Assembly (NCBI GenBank): GCA_964188305.1 | Contig: OZ076885.1 | Direction: 5' to 3' (one strand) | Length of the DNA stretch: 64,000 nucleotides | Source: Podarcis bocagei | Taxonomy: Eukaryota | Shown: in pieces, positions 13,821 to 28,746 of the stretch | Layout of the letters: each line of letters starts with the position of its first letter | How positions within the stretch are numbered: position 1 is the stretch's first letter | Position numbers and translations under genes: made by a program | The notes under the pieces: model-generated | Told to the model about the DNA's origin: nothing | What the model saw: the letters and a program-made list of their open reading frames with translations, nothing else | Databases searched by the model: none

Positions 13821-13871
13821 GACAATGTTTCTTCCTCGTCTTCATCTTCTCTGCTAGCCTTTTGGGAAGAA
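13821..13871 (+). CDS. CDC42BPB: Alternative 51-nt in-frame cassette exon (DNVSSSSSSSLLAFWEE)
   Basis: caacaag|GAC..GAA|gtaagt, phase 0/0 between phase-0 neighbours; resembles the SSLLAFWEE insert I recall from mammalian MRCK-beta splice variants. Confidence 0.8.
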
Positions 13872-15263
13872 GTAAGTTCATGCTGGTGGCTTTACCTCCC
13901 TAATCTGTAACCTCTATGTGTAAAATTGCCATCCTAAACTAGTGACCTTTTTTTTTTAGTTGCCTTTATACACGCTTATTAAATTATACTGAAGATTAAC
14001 CGACTAAATAGAAATAGCTTCATTTCCTAAGAGTTCTCTTGTAAACTGCTCATTTGAAGTTGCTGTGGCAATTACAATGTGTATTAAAGGTGATTTATGC
14101 TTTTTAAAGCAATTTGTATTGTTGACAGCAGAATAGTGACAGGGCCAAAACCTTTCCTGTTTCCATTGAAACTTGCTATAAGATGAACAGCACATGGACT
14201 CCACTGTAGCATACGTATTTTCTAAGACCTTTCTTTCTCTAACAGCATCTTATTAAACACTATTATTATTATTAAAGACTAGCTCTGTTATGTAAGATTT
14301 CAGAGCTCCAAAGTGCAGAATTTCATTTTGGTAACAATATTAGCATTTTTTAAAGGCCCATTATCTAAGAGTCAAAAAATGATTCTTCTAAATACACCTT
14401 AGCTCTGCACCTACTAATAGCTGTATTTTCCCATTTAAAATTTGAATGAAATTTTGTGTGTGTTACATCTTCTAGCTGCTGAACCGTGTTTTGTTTTTGT
14501 TAAGTGAATTACCTAACCCAATTCTAAATCTTAAATGAGGAGGCCATATAGTTCAGCAAAACAAGGGTTATTTTTATAACATTTTCTATCCTTTATTTAG
14601 ATGCAACATAACAGTGCATTTCTGCATTTTCCGCCTAAGTCTTCAGTTTTGTTCTCCCCTCCCCACCAGAAATTTCATCTTTTAACTTTTTTGTTTTAAA
14701 ATACAGAAATCATTAGTACTATCTCCATATCTAATGCTCATTAAAGAGCCTTTAACAATAATGAACAAAGTAGATACTGTGTAAGTCTTATTTTATGGTG
14801 ATTGGGTGGGTGCATACACGCACATACAGGAGACAAAAACACGCAAGCACAGTGTAATCACACACCTGCTGTATGGAGGTAAGTCCTTGCCAGGCAGATC
14901 TGATTATGTCTGTTCCTACAGTGAGTTAGACGTAACCTTCAAAGGGTATTTGAAGGCCATGTATTAATACTTTACCTTAATCTCAGAATGAACTGATAAC
15001 TTCACAATTTTGGGGTTTTCAGCATCAGCCAACTCCACTTATATAATATAGCTGTGGCCTTTGTTGGTGGAGGGTTTCCTTTTAGAGTGTAGGTGTTAAG
15101 TAGCTTGACATTACAGAGCTCAGCAGAATGCTCTACACAAAGCATTTTCTGAGCAGACAGGCTCTTGTGCCCCAGGTGAACTTGGTTTTGTTCTGCTACT
15201 CAGGGATCCGTTGCTGGAAGCTAACTTCCTTTACTATCTCCTCTCCTCCAACCCACTTTGCAG

Positions 15264-15353
15264 ACAAATTCCGTTAGTGAGCAGGAGGCACAGGGTTCTA
15301 AAGCAGAGGTCTCACCATCAACATCTGTTGTGACTGCAGAGCAGCAGCAAGAA
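15264..15353 (+). CDS. CDC42BPB: MRCK-beta exon (~22)
   Basis: ttgcag|ACA..GAA|gtaagc; TNSVSEQEAQGSKAEVSPSTSVVTAEQQQE. Confidence 0.92.
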
Positions 15354-15790
15354 GTAAGCCGCCGTTGTTTCATTAATCCAGATTAAAGCATTTTGGGGAG
15401 CCCTAAATTTACAAATGTATGTTTACAGCCATCAGTCCGCAAGAAAACATTTTCTTTCCTCGCAGCTTCTTTCTGTGTTGACTTGTGTCAGTGTTTAAAT
15501 GTACATGCTTTGTGAGCTCCCTTTTGTTTTGCTCCCCTTTCCCTGGGCCCCTGTGTATCGCTGAGCTCCATCTTCTTCCTTGTTTACCTTCTGCTGCTTG
15601 CTAGAGTGCAGGCTTTCCTATGAGTCTTTCTGATCTGCAAACCTGCTTCTAGTAAATTTGGAACAATGCTGCGTTTTGTGATATCGGCTCTTACTCACCT
15701 TCAAAAAAGATACTCGAGTTGTTGCCAAACCAAATGCATATTGGATCCTGGAAGTCTTTAATTGCTCAACTGTAGTTTTTTGCAATTCAG

Positions 15791-15865
15791 GAACCAAATC
15801 GGCTTCAGAGGATGCCTGCTGCTCCTTCCCCCACCATTCAGTCCATTTCTCTAGCTGTACCAAAG
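15791..15865 (+). CDS. CDC42BPB: MRCK-beta exon (~23), linker before C1
   Basis: ttcag|GAA..AAG|gtaggg; EPNRLQRMPAAPSPTIQSISLAVPK aligns to human ...[20 protein letters not shown]. Confidence 0.88.
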
Positions 15866-17300
15866 GTAGGGGGCACTTGTTGACTTGTTTTGCTTAGAAC
15901 TTTTTTTTGGGGGGGTGTGCAGATATGAAAATGATTATATCCCATTCATAAGCCATCTGTATGTTAATATTGTCTGAGTTCGTCATTTTCATCTCTTAGG
16001 ATTATTTCAAATTGGTCCTGCATAGCTGTTTACAAAGCCTTATGCAGCCCATTTGCCAGGTGTAGCAACCCAACAGGTCTGCTGTCTCCTTGGGACTGTA
16101 AAAACAATGGGGTTGTTAAACACACAGCAAGCCAGTATGGGGCAGATCAGCTGTGTATGATTTCGTAGGCTGCAAGTTGTGCAGGCTTGTGCTATTAAAC
16201 ACTCCTCTGTGTGGTGTCCTTACTCATTGCTTTAGTTTTGTTGGGGTGCCAGAATAGATTTCCTTTAGGTTGCAGTTCTGGTCTGCTTGGTCTGCATATA
16301 GTTAAAATTTGCCATGATGCAAAACTTTATTCAATGCTAATCCACCACAGTATATTTTCTGTGTTCATTTAAAAATTGTTACACACCCATCACCATGAAG
16401 AGTGGGTAGCAAATATGCCCCCCCCCCCGAGAGAGAGCTTTCAGTGCTGAAAAACCAGTGAAAGAACCAATTTCAACACACTTGATCAGTGTACTAAGCA
16501 AAACCAAGGCTTAGTAAAAATATTGATCACTTCACTCTTGTCCTGGTCCTGCTGCTTCCACTCTACTCAGAGCTTCCCATAGGGCTTTTCACAGACATCT
16601 GGCTGTATGCTATAAGAACAGGTTGATGGACTAGATGGGCATTTAGCTTGACCTAGCAGTATTCTTATCACATTCTTAGCTAAGTCGTGGTATGGCATAG
16701 AGTTGCATCTGAACATGGGCTTGTGGCTTGCTTCCCTCAGACAAACCATGAGCAGGAAGTCAAAGCACACCTTGGCTGAAATCTAGAACAAGTCAAAGCA
16801 ACCAGTAGCCTAGGTTCAGATGTAGCACTAAGCCAAGCCACTTATATAAGGGCAAACGTCTCTGCCCTCATATAGGTGGTGAGATCATCTCCCAATGGCA
16901 GAGCAAGGGAGTCCCAGTCTCAGAACTGTGTCGCCCACTGCTTCTACCATGCAGCTAAGTGTAGGAATGAAAATAGTGTGATTTGTATAGAGAGCATATT
17001 TTTTAGCATTTCTTCCTACAAGTATTATAGTTAACAAGAGAGAATTTGAACTGCTAGATCTCTACATATTTTAAACATTTTGTAAGTTGCATTGAGTATT
17101 ATTTCAAAAAGATGCCCAAATAATAATAATAATAATAATCATCATCATCATCAGTACACAGTTCAGGAGTAATGGTTCCTGCTGAAATTCCATTGCAAGT
17201 AAATGAAGGCATAACCAGGGCCACCTCTTCAAATCAAAGTCCACTGAAGTGGGAACTTCTGCCACTGATACAATTTTACAATTACTTGTCATTTTATTAA

Positions 17301-17456
<156 letters not shown>

Positions 17457-17856
17457 TAAGTCTTCTAAGAACTCAAGAGACTTAACAGCATAATTTTTAC
17501 ATCTTTATTGCAGCAAGACAGTTACCTGGAGGAAATGGTTATATGCCTCATTAAAGCAAAAGGCTGGGTGATCTAAAATAGAAGTTAAAAGCGACTGCAA
17601 AGGAGCTGAATGTGATTGTCATTTGCGCCATATTTGAAGGGTCAGCTGCAGAAACGGGTTATTTACGTTACTAATGTGAGCCCATGAAATTTTCAGGAAG
17701 GGCGAGGCATTAAGAGAGGATTGCAGGGGTTCCAATTCCATTTTGACCCATGGAGTTGAAGCTGCGTTATCAGTCACCTGTGTCAGCTGTTTTAATCAGA
17801 AAGCCTCATGATAGCAATACACTGTACTTGTATGATGCTGTGCTCCTTATTTTTAA

Positions 17857-18171
<315 letters not shown>

Positions 18172-19745
18172 TAGCTTGATTGGCATAGGTTATTAGGTAC
18201 AAACTCAATTAATTCATTCAGTGCCACATTAAATAATAATCTTCAAGCATGGAAGTGTACAATAAAAAGTACAGTATATTGTGTAATTATTTCTTCACTG
18301 CATTTTGCTTAGGTGGAGTATAAAACCTGAAAGGAGGGCTTTGTTTGTTTGATCTGCACTTCACGTCGTAGATATATAATAATACATTTTATTCTTTACT
18401 GCTTTAAAAAGACATCACCTTTCTTTCAGGTTTCATACCCCACTTCAGCAAAATGCAGAAATTAGAAAAAAGGATTTGGTTTAGTTAAACAGGAAGCAAG
18501 GGTACCGAAAGAACACTGTGTACCAAAATCATCTGTGTATCTTGGTTCCTGTTGGTTTTGGTATGCTTTTGGTTCCTATTGCATCTCCTAAAATGTACTG
18601 TAATCGTGGTGCGCTCCATGAACTCGTGAGGCCCACCCTGCATCAAAGCTAGATGGAAAGTTGCACATGTCAATAGCTTTGACACTTAACTAAGCAGCAG
18701 ACTAGTGTAAAAAATAACTGTTGATTTTCAGAGACGCGCAAGTATATATGAGAAAAGAATCTGTGTGTGTTTGATATCACATAAGATGGGGCATTAGAAT
18801 TCCAAGCTGAAAAGTCCAACTGAAAATACAAACTTTATGCAGAAGCTAAAGGGAAGAAAACACAAAATCTTGCCTTGTGTCATTTTAGCGTACTGCTTCT
18901 TTATAGCAGCAGTAGCTGGAAGGCATTTGATTATCTTAGTATATTACAAAAATATTTTCCCTTTGGCGTACGGCTTAGTATCTTCTGCACTAGTATCTGA
19001 CATGCTAGAAGGGGCAAACTGCATAAGAGGATCTTCCCTAGAATTGTGCCAAAAAACCATTCTCTCTCTATCCATCCATCTTCCCAAATTATGATAAAGC
19101 CCCAAGGCTTTGTTTACAATTTATAGTAATCCCCTTAGTGCTAATCTTTATACTAGTGAGCACAGCAGGTGATTTGATAAAAAGTTCTGGAAACTGGCAG
19201 CTGGATTGCCACAGACTGAAAGTTGAGAAAGAATTCTGGGTGATAGAGGTTTGTTTCTAGCCAATCTTTAAATGGGAGAGATAAATGTTCTTATCATCTT
19301 ACGCTCTTTGATATTTTCCAGTTGCAAGGCTGAAGTGCACACATCCTGAAGTTAATTTTGTAAAAGGGGATTGTTTAAAAAATCTGTCTTCCCTGGAGTT
19401 TCTTTATCTATCTATATTTCCAGACACACTAGCATTTCCATGCTTGAATTCACATATGACTATGCATGCCGTTTGGTTTCTTATAGCTCCATGATCCATA
19501 GCACTCCAGAGTTCATCATGGAGGTCATAGGTCCTTCAATAAGCGCATCATGTTTATAGCATAATGCTCAGTACATTTGCACATGCATCTAAGCTCATGG
19601 AACTCATATTCTGTACAAGAAATTGTAGCACTATAATAAAAAATTATAGCACCAAAAATTTGTAGCACTAAAAATCAGAGTCAAATGTCGCATGGAAATG
19701 TGCTCAAGGGTCCCGCTTCTGCTTTATCTGCTAAGGTATGAATGA

Positions 19746-20000
<255 letters not shown>

Positions 20001-20382
20001 TAAAGCAATCAGAAATTGTCATACAACCCCTTAATTTTCATCAAAATAGTGTACTGTGCTTTGTTATTTCAGGGAACGATTTGACAAAATGGCCATGTTG
20101 GTCTACAAAACGATGTTAGAGTGAGCCTTGCATTTGCACATGTTGTTACTGTGTTCGTCTGTTCCTTCACCTGCTCTCCCTGCTAAAACCTAATGGTTTA
20201 CCTTGTTGCTATAACTAGCTTATCTGTACCCAGGGTCTGCCTGAACTGCACAACCAAGAATTAACACCAGTTCATGTGTTAACGTCCTAGGGAAAGGAGG
20301 CCGACAGCTTTTGCTTTAGCTGTACTTTTAAATAGGTGTAAAATCCAACGCCAATGACTTGAATTATTTGGTTTCTTACCAG

Positions 20383-20464
20383 AGATGAAGATTTTTGTGT
20401 GAGCTCTGTCCTAGCATCGGATGTTATACATGCAACCCGCAAAGATATTCCTTGCATATTCAGG
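20383..20464 (+). CDS. CDC42BPB: MRCK-beta exon (~27), PH domain
   Basis: taccag|A GAT..AGG|gtatgt; [27 protein letters not shown]. Confidence 0.96.
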
Positions 20465-22489
20465 GTATGTTCAAATACGGTTTTTATTTTACTGCCACTT
20501 CTTATTCTCATACCTTGCTTCAGTGAATGACTGATAAATAGTTGTATTGTCTGTCTCTAGTATAAATCTCAGTTTTAAAACATCCATTTAACATGTAGGT
20601 GAAGGGACACTTCTTGAAGATTAATCAGTTCGCTGTAACTGATCTGTGAAGGGCAGGCTGTGTGTTTACAATTCAGTTTTTATATGAATAATTTGTGCTT
20701 TCAGATACTAAAATTAAGTGCTCGTATCTGGCCAAAAAAAATTTGGGACGCTGCTGAAATATATTAAGGTGGTTTATGCTAGAGGTGGGCAACCTGCAGT
20801 GCCCTGCCCTAATTTCATATGAGTGAAGGAGCACCAAGGGAGATGAAGAGAGTGGGAGGAGGAAAAAGGGGAGGGGTGGGAATGCTGAAATTAATGAAGC
20901 CATGGGAGGAAAGAGAATCCCTTTGAAAACAAGCATTTCAGACTTCTAGCAAAAGATACATGTTCCTTCCCCGGCAACCTTCTGGAAGAGGGGAGAGAAA
21001 AAGGGTGTCCCTGCTCATATTGGGCTCTGGCCATGTCAACACCAGTATGTGGTCCCCAACAGTACCCCTGAGGGAATGCAGAAAAAGATTTCCCACCCCT
21101 GGTTTGCACAACTCTACCATACACGTGCATTAGACTAGGCTGTTGTCCTTGTCTAATAAATTAGCAGGGTGCATTGCCTAGTAGCAGGTAGGCGTCTAAA
21201 CTAACTGTCTCTTCCTTGCAATTGTAATTTTTGACAACTGGCATATAAGGGCCACCTTTTTAAAGAGCAAATAAACAAAGAATTTTAAAAAGCGTATTAA
21301 AATGTAAAGAAGTAAGTTAGATACACTAATCAAAACTATTCACAACATCTGGAGGACCAACAGTTCCCCATCTCTGCCGTATGGGACTGCATCTCTTGTC
21401 ATTAATGATTCCTATACATTGATTGAATGGACCTATACCTACATATACCTCCCTAGCGACAACTAGTAATCTATCATAGGCACTACAGATGTTACCAACC
21501 TTTCATTTGTTTGCTTTGGGTCATAACACATTTGGGACTTTCATACCTTTTCATAATAAGCATGTTAGGGGTAATGTAAGTTGAACGATCAATGCAAGTG
21601 GCCATCGTGCCGCCAGGCCTCATAATACATCCACGAAGGAGGCATTGTGGACATTTCTTGATCAGTATCCATGATCTCCAAGAGGCCAGGCAATATTCAT
21701 ATTCTCCGGTCAGTATGCATAGTGTCAAGAAACATGCCTTTTTTACTGTTTCTCATTCAGAAGTGTGCAGTCTGTTCCCCCAGCTTCTTTCGGCCCACTG
21801 CATAATGTTCTGTGGAGCACAACATACCAGCCAAGAAATAAGGAACGAGGCTCTAGACAAAGATTAACATTTTTCTCCCAGCTGTTTCCCCGGTCATATG
21901 AGCAAGCTGGTGTTATCATGTGGCAGCAGTGGGGCTGGCCAAGCCCCACCTCTGAAGCAATTTGCCTGCTCCCGCCACCATCTTTGGAGCAGCAGACGCA
22001 ATCCTCCCCAGCCAGGATTTGGATTGCATTGCCAAGAAATGACACTGGCCCCATTGAATGTAAATTCATGAGAATATTTCTAATGTCCCACAACCTTGCA
22101 TTTCTATTTAAAATGTGGTCAAGATAATGCACATCATCCCCCTAAGCGTGCATCATACTGAAAGTAATACAGTGTGGACAAACAACATCCACTTCACGAA
22201 ATACCATAAATCTGAGAATTTAGCTCAGCATTAAAATGGATTCTGCAAAGATTGCCAAATCATTGTACTAAGGGAAATGTTAGGAAGACTGAGGGTTTCA
22301 CCAAACAGGATTTTACACATAAGACTTGAAGAGGAACTGGAAGGGCTTGTGTATATTGAAGCTGTCACTTTTACGAAGCTGTTGTGAGTGATGTATTTGC
22401 AACTTACTTTAGCCAATGTATTTCTCCGGCAATAGAGAGGCAGCAAATTTCACTTGAATATTTTCATCTTGCTTCCTCTTGCTGTCAAG

Positions 22490-22706
22490 GTGACAGCCTC
22501 TCTCTTAGGCTCGCCTTCAAAGACCTGCTCTCTGCTGATCCTAACAGAAAATGAGAACGAGAAGCGAAAGTGGGTTGGAATCCTAGAGGGGCTGCAATCT
22601 ATTCTGCACAAAAATAAACTCAAAAACCAAGTTGTACATATTCCACAGGAAGCCTATGATAGCACACTTCCTCTCATTAAAGCCAGTTTAGCTGCTACTA
22701 TTATAG
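22490..22706 (+). CDS. CDC42BPB: MRCK-beta exon (~28), PH end / CNH start
   Basis: gtcaag|GTG..G|gtatgt; [42 protein letters not shown]...[13 protein letters not shown]. Confidence 0.96.
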
Positions 22707-23651
22707 GTATGTTGAATATAATGAGACATTTGAATGTTTGCTGTTACAGCTGCAGATGGAGCTAATGTGTTGCCTGTGCTGCCATCCTTGTGCATTTTTC
22801 CTCATCTGCATATGTGCCCAGAGAAGCTTAGTAGTGTGAAATTTACTAATTGATTTTTAAAAGCTAATTATGATTAACTCTGTTTGCAGTAGGCATCTGC
22901 AGTGCTTGAATGAATCGTCTTATTCTTATGCCCATTGCTTTTTGGCTTAAGGAAAAACAGCTAGTTCATACACTAATGATGCCTTAAAATGCAATTGTGC
23001 ATATTTTCCCTACAGGCCTTCTCATTTGGGGGTATTATTTATTTTCATATTTATAGCTTGCCTCTTGGACAATGGGCCTCAGGGCAGCTACCAAAATTAT
23101 CACAATGGCACCACATAAAAAAAACAGTTTTGGAGCAATAAATAAGATGCAATATTAAGAGCAGCTTAAAACCATAGAGCATATAGCTGTAGCAATGTAA
23201 ATTACCAGGCTGGTTAAAACAATAATCCCCTTCACCCTCTGAATGCTTGCTGGGATAGAAATTTCTTCCTTGCTTCAGAAAGTGAAGATGAGACCAGCCT
23301 GGTAAAGGGGGAGGGCACTGCTACAGAAGAAAGCCTTCTGCCCACCAGTCTAAATTAGAGAAGGAATTTAGAGTAGAACATCCTCTAGTGACCTCTGTGT
23401 CCATGGAGTCTGATACAGAAATGTTAGTTCCATTAGATAATGGAGACTGGCCACTGGAGATTTTAAAGGTTAGAATAATTTCTTTTCATTGGTGCCCAGA
23501 AATAAATTGGGGAGCCGGTACAGTTGTGAAGTCCCTCCAGCTCACTATCACTATCAAATGGGTCCCTTCCATTACAACAGCAGAAGCTCGCAATTTTCAA
23601 ACCTGTTTATATTAATAGTGGTTTCCTCCCCCCTCTCCCCACTACCATTAG

Positions 23652-23714
23652 ATCGAGATAGAATAGCAATTGGTGCTGAAGAAGGCCTCTATGTTGTAGA
23701 CGTGACCCGTGATG
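23652..23714 (+). CDS. CDC42BPB: MRCK-beta exon (~29), CNH
   Basis: attag|AT..G|gtaagt; DRDRIAIGAEEGLYVVDVTRD. Confidence 0.95.
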
Positions 23715-25519
23715 GTAAGTGAAGTTCTTTCTACAATCAGCTTTTTTATTATTATTGAACCCCATCACTTAAAAGTTCTGTTTTAAAGTTGGTTACACAG
23801 CAGTCCATCCTATACAGAAAACTTGTTTATCTAAAAAAAGCTGGACACTCTCAGTTGCCTTTTTGGCGGAAGAGAATCTCATTGGTCATCTTACCACTGA
23901 AGGCAGGTAAGGACTGTTTGCAGTTCCCCATAGACACCTTAGAAGTCCCTTTCAGTGCATTTCCAAACTCCATAAATGCAAAGGCGCTCCTGCAGTACTA
24001 AGCATTCACATGCCCCTGGCAGTTGACACCCTAGAAGAATGATCATCCAAGGATTCCCCATACAGTTTGCACAGATGAGCTTTCGGCTATGAAAGAGGGG
24101 CCAGAAAAGGTATCTACTATTTTGCCTCTTTCTGCACACTTCCATGCTCATGCTATCATTGAAACCAAAATATGCAGGAGCATAATACAGTTTAAGAATG
24201 TAACTGTGATCGACTCTTGTGCTAACTCTGGGCATGTTTGCCATGCAGGGTTTCATTGCACACGAAGCAAAAGTTTTAAAAGTTTGCAGACCTGCTTTAT
24301 TGCTACATATTATAACAAATAGAGCACACACACATATCACCGGTGAAAGGGGAATGAAGTGGTGGTGATAAAGACTTTAATGGAGGCTTGCACCATGCCC
24401 ATCAACACCTACCAGCTATATATTGTGACCTGCCAGGTATTGCTCTCACACACCATTTTTGTAATCTCAGGCAGGCAGCAAAACCAGAAGATTTATTGAG
24501 CCCTTTGTGAAACCATAGATGTCAGCCGTATGATGTTGTTTTTGTGAGTCACAAGTTGTCCAGGCCATCTCTGCTGAGTTCACCCAGCATTGATTGCTGG
24601 TGCCATGGAGTAAACATGACTTTTGAAAGCATGTTAAATGTCAGTGAAATTTGCGGGCTGTTTGCTCCATGTACACTCTTGATAGACTTGAGTAATTGGA
24701 AACAGGTACAATTTTCTCTGGGTTACAGGAATAATGATTCTTTTTTCTCACTTGGCTGTCTGAAGGCAGTGGTGATTTTCAGACAAATATTTCTCCTCTC
24801 ATGCTCTCATTTATTACAGTAGAAGTGAAAAATCTTTATGGCTTGTCAACGAGCTTTCAGAAAACTAACTCTCTCAAATGAATAACTAGTCTGTAGACAT
24901 CAGTATCTATTCTTCCCCGGTTAGAGGCTATTTTATTTTATTTTATTTTATTTTAATTTTATGGGTACATCTTGTGGCCATATTCTGCATGTCAATGTGA
25001 CTCTCCTTATTCTAACAATCTCATTAAATACTAGAATTAATTAGTGAGAGTGTGTTTATGTATGCACCTTGCATGCCCCTGAGGAAAATAATTGTATGAT
25101 GCACCATGTTTTCTGGCAAACTAACGAATAGCAAAGTATAAACTCTATCACATTTTTCTCTCTACCAAAGAAAAGTAGAATACTTTCCTGAGCCTCACTC
25201 AAGAGAACCGTTCTGGCTTCTCTGCATGTGATTAAACTGAACAATAGCAGTGTCATGCTACTGCTGCAATGGAATTGTATAGGTTTGCTTCTGTTATCAA
25301 GGAAGTGAGTTGTACAAAAAACAGAACCAGCAGAATGAAATTTATGGCAGTATTTATAACGCTAGACAGAGAGAGTAAGAAAAACCAGAAAGTTACCTTT
25401 TAGCTCAGTCGCTGTGAAGAAGTGGCTATAATTTTGTTAGTTGTTAACAAAGGAAGATTTTATCAGCCCTTCTTGACTGATAAAAACTAACAGGGAGGGG
25501 ACAGTTGGCTGGGCCGGGG

Positions 25520-25940
25520 AGGTGATTAATGCCTCCCTGCGGGTGGGTGGTCCCTCCTGCTTAAAGGCAGCAGTGATAAAACTGCTCTTCAAGAAACCCC
25601 TCATGGATCTGGAAAATTTCAGTAACTACCAGCCAGTTGCCAATCTCCCCTTCTTGGGCAGAGTTATTGATCAGATGGTTGCAGTTCCTGACCCAACTGT
25701 ACTGACTGCTGATTACTTTTTGGACCCAATTCAAAGTGCTGGTTTTGACCTATAAAGCTGTAAATGGCTCAGGACCTCAATACCTCAAGGACCACCTCTC
25801 CCCCTATGAACTGACCCAGATTCTGCAATCATAATCTGGGGCCTTTCTTTGTGTGCCTCCTCCACAAGGGGCCTGGAGGGTGGCAACGCAAGAACAGCCT
25901 TTTCTTCAGTGGCTCCCCATTTGGGGAATGTTCTTCCCAA
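25520..25940 (+). mobile_element. Old L2 fragments
   Basis: LKAAVIKLLFKKP..D...NYQPVANLPFLGRVI RT-upstream motifs, degraded. Confidence 0.65.
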
Positions 25941-27024
25941 TGTTTGCATTACTAGAATATATGTTCAGAATGGTACAAATAGTTCAGACCTAAATTGCTG
26001 CATTTAGCTTTCATGGGATTCACTGACATTCACATTGCATCTGGCCAGTTTTAGTATTTCATATATTGTAATTGCAGAATATTTTATTTGAAGTAAAGCT
26101 CAGTGTAATGTTGAACTCCATCCTATCTTTCAGTCTTCACTTTTTCTGCACTCAGTGTGTATGCCTGCTGTCAGACCCCTCCAACTAGGTCAAAGAATTG
26201 TTTTTTTCTCTAATGCTGCATCATCCTCACCTATCTTAGCATTTCCCAATATCTTTCTTCCCCGTTCCATTTGTTCATTAATAATGAAAAACATTTTCTT
26301 TATAAAAAATGAGTTATTAATAGAATAATAACTTATGTGTGTTGACCTTTAAAATATAATGTAAAGTGCACTTGGCGTTTCCCTGGATATAAGAAAATAG
26401 GAAGGTTTTGTCTGTCGGCGCTGGGTACCTTAAAAATATGTTCATTCTACATCAGGGATGATTGATTGGAAGGCCACTAACTAATTTATGGTGGGCAGCA
26501 TAGTACTATGTTACCTACAAAAATACTGGATTGAATGGGCTAATCCAGAAAGGGAAATATAGGACCATTTGACACAGTTTGGTTATACCTTATTGATAAA
26601 AGATGAGAGTATGTACCTCCTGCTTTGTATGTTTAAAACATACCAGTGGTCCATGGAAATTGCATTTTTTTTTATGAGGTCAAAATATTCTTTCTCTGTA
26701 ATATTGCAATATTGGTGTACAGTTTTAAGGGAAAGTTGAGAGTGGGACTGGGTCAAAACTATGTCTTCCTACCATCAGCCTCCCATAACCTGTGGCCCTC
26801 CAAAAGTTGAGGACTAGAACACCCATCATCACTATCCATTGGCCATGCTACATGGAACTGGTGAGTGTTGTAGACCACAACATCCAGAGGGCATCAGATT
26901 GAGGAAGGCTGCTATCACTATGGAAATATGCATATATCCTAAGTAATTACATTGCTGACACTTAAAATGGCTCAGCCTGTCTGCACTCCTATCACTTACT
27001 CACATTGACCTGTTGTTTTCACAG

Positions 27025-27621
27025 TGATCGTCCGAGCTGCTGACTGCAAGAAGGTCTACCAGATAGAGCTGGCTCCCAAAGAGAAAATCATTATCCTTAT
27101 CTGTGGACGGAATCATCACGTTCACTTGTATCCCTGGTCCTCTCTGGATGGATCTGAAGGCAGTCTTGATGTTAAGCTTCCTGAAACTAAAGGCTGCCAG
27201 TTCATTACAACTGGGACACTGAAGAAGAGCTCTTCAACAAGTTTGTTTGTGGCAGTCAAACGGCAGGTTCTGTGCTATGAAATTCATAGGACTAAACCTT
27301 TCCATAAAAAGTTCAGTGAAATCCAGGCACCTGGCAGCATACAGTGGATGACAGTGTTCAAAGACAGGCTTTGTGTTGGCTACCCATCTGGTTTCTCTCT
27401 GTTGAACATCCAGGGTGATGGACAATCTATAAACCTGGTAAATTCCAATGACCCATCGCTTGCATTCCTCTCACAACAGCCTCTTGACGCCCTTTGTGCT
27501 GTGGAGCTCAGCAATGAGGAATACCTGCTTTGCTTCAGCCTTTTGGGAGTGTACGTTGATGCGCAAGGTCGAAGGTCACGCATGCAAGAGCTAATGTGGC
27601 CTGCAACTCCTGCTGCCTGTA
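27025..27621 (+). CDS. CDC42BPB: MRCK-beta exon (~30), large CNH exon
   Basis: cacag|TG ATC..A|gtatgt; [21 protein letters not shown]...[12 protein letters not shown]. Confidence 0.97.
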
Positions 27622-27854
27622 GTATGTATATGTTTTTTTTCTGTTGCTGCTTCACTTGTCTGAAAAATAATCGGCAAATAACTGTTTTAACCATCATAGT
27701 TTTAAATCGTGCTATACCACCATTGTTTTTGATGGCGCTAATATGGACCTATACATGTTGAATAGGGCTTTCAGTGCCTACTAATTATGACAGCGAAGTG
27801 AAGGCTGTATTGCTCTGCATACCAGCTGCCAGGTGGCTGGGTGAGAGGAAACCT

Positions 27855-28230
27855 TCATTACCGGCCAGTTCCCAATCTCCTCTTCTTGGGCAAGATTCTT
27901 GAGCAGGTGTTCACAGACTAAATCCAGGTGCTCTTGGAGGAAACTTATTTTCTAGATTCATTTCAGTGGGGGTTTAGGCCTGGTTTTGGCACAGAAATTG
28001 CTTTGGTTGCCTTTGGGATGACCTGTGTCAGAAGAGAGATGGGAAATGTGGCCTTGTTAATTCTCCTCGACCTCTCAGTGGCTTTTGATGCCATAGCATG
28101 GCATCATTCTGGGGCAGCTGTCTGAGTTGAGGGGTGGATGGCACTGCTTTGTGGTCCTTCTTATATGGTCATTTCCAGAGGGTGATGCTTGGGAAGTGCT
28201 CCTCAGCCATGTGGAGCCTTCAATTTTATT
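27855..28230 (+). mobile_element. Old L2 RT fragment
   Basis: LDSFQWGFRPGFGTEIAL...LILLDLSVAFDAI, degraded RT motifs. Confidence 0.7.
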
Positions 28231-28515
28231 CCCCTCCTGTTTGGCATCAAAATAAAACTTCTGAGTGGGGTCATCTGGAGTTTTGGAGTACATTGTCAGT
28301 AATATGTATGTTGTCTGCCTGTCTGTCTGTTTGTGGGTCATTTTGAGTTGCTCTCGGCACGATAAAGCAACTAACAAATTTAATTATTAATTAATTCCGT
28401 AATAGCAATGTAAATTCCACCACTTTGCTTTACCTCATTTTTGTTAGTTTCGTAATGATAATTCTGCTTGTGAGCTTTTAGAGGTGGGTGAGTACAAAAG
28501 ACAGGTTACCCTATA

Positions 28516-28746
28516 CAGTGGTACCTTGGGTTACAAACACCTTGGGTTACAAACACTTTGGGTTACAGACTCCGCTAACCCGGAAGTAGTACCTCAGGTT
28601 AAGAACTTTACCCCAGGATGAGAATAGAAATCGCGTGGCAGCAGCGGGAGGCCCCATTAGTTAAAGTGGTACCTCAGGTTAAGAATGGTTGCAGGTTAAG
28701 AATGGACCTCCAGAATGAATTAAGTTTGTAACCAGAGGTACCACTG
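28516..28746. mobile_element. Tc1/mariner (Tigger-like) MITE
   Basis: TIRs CAGTGGTACCT...AGGTACCACTG, TA TSDs. Confidence 0.85.
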
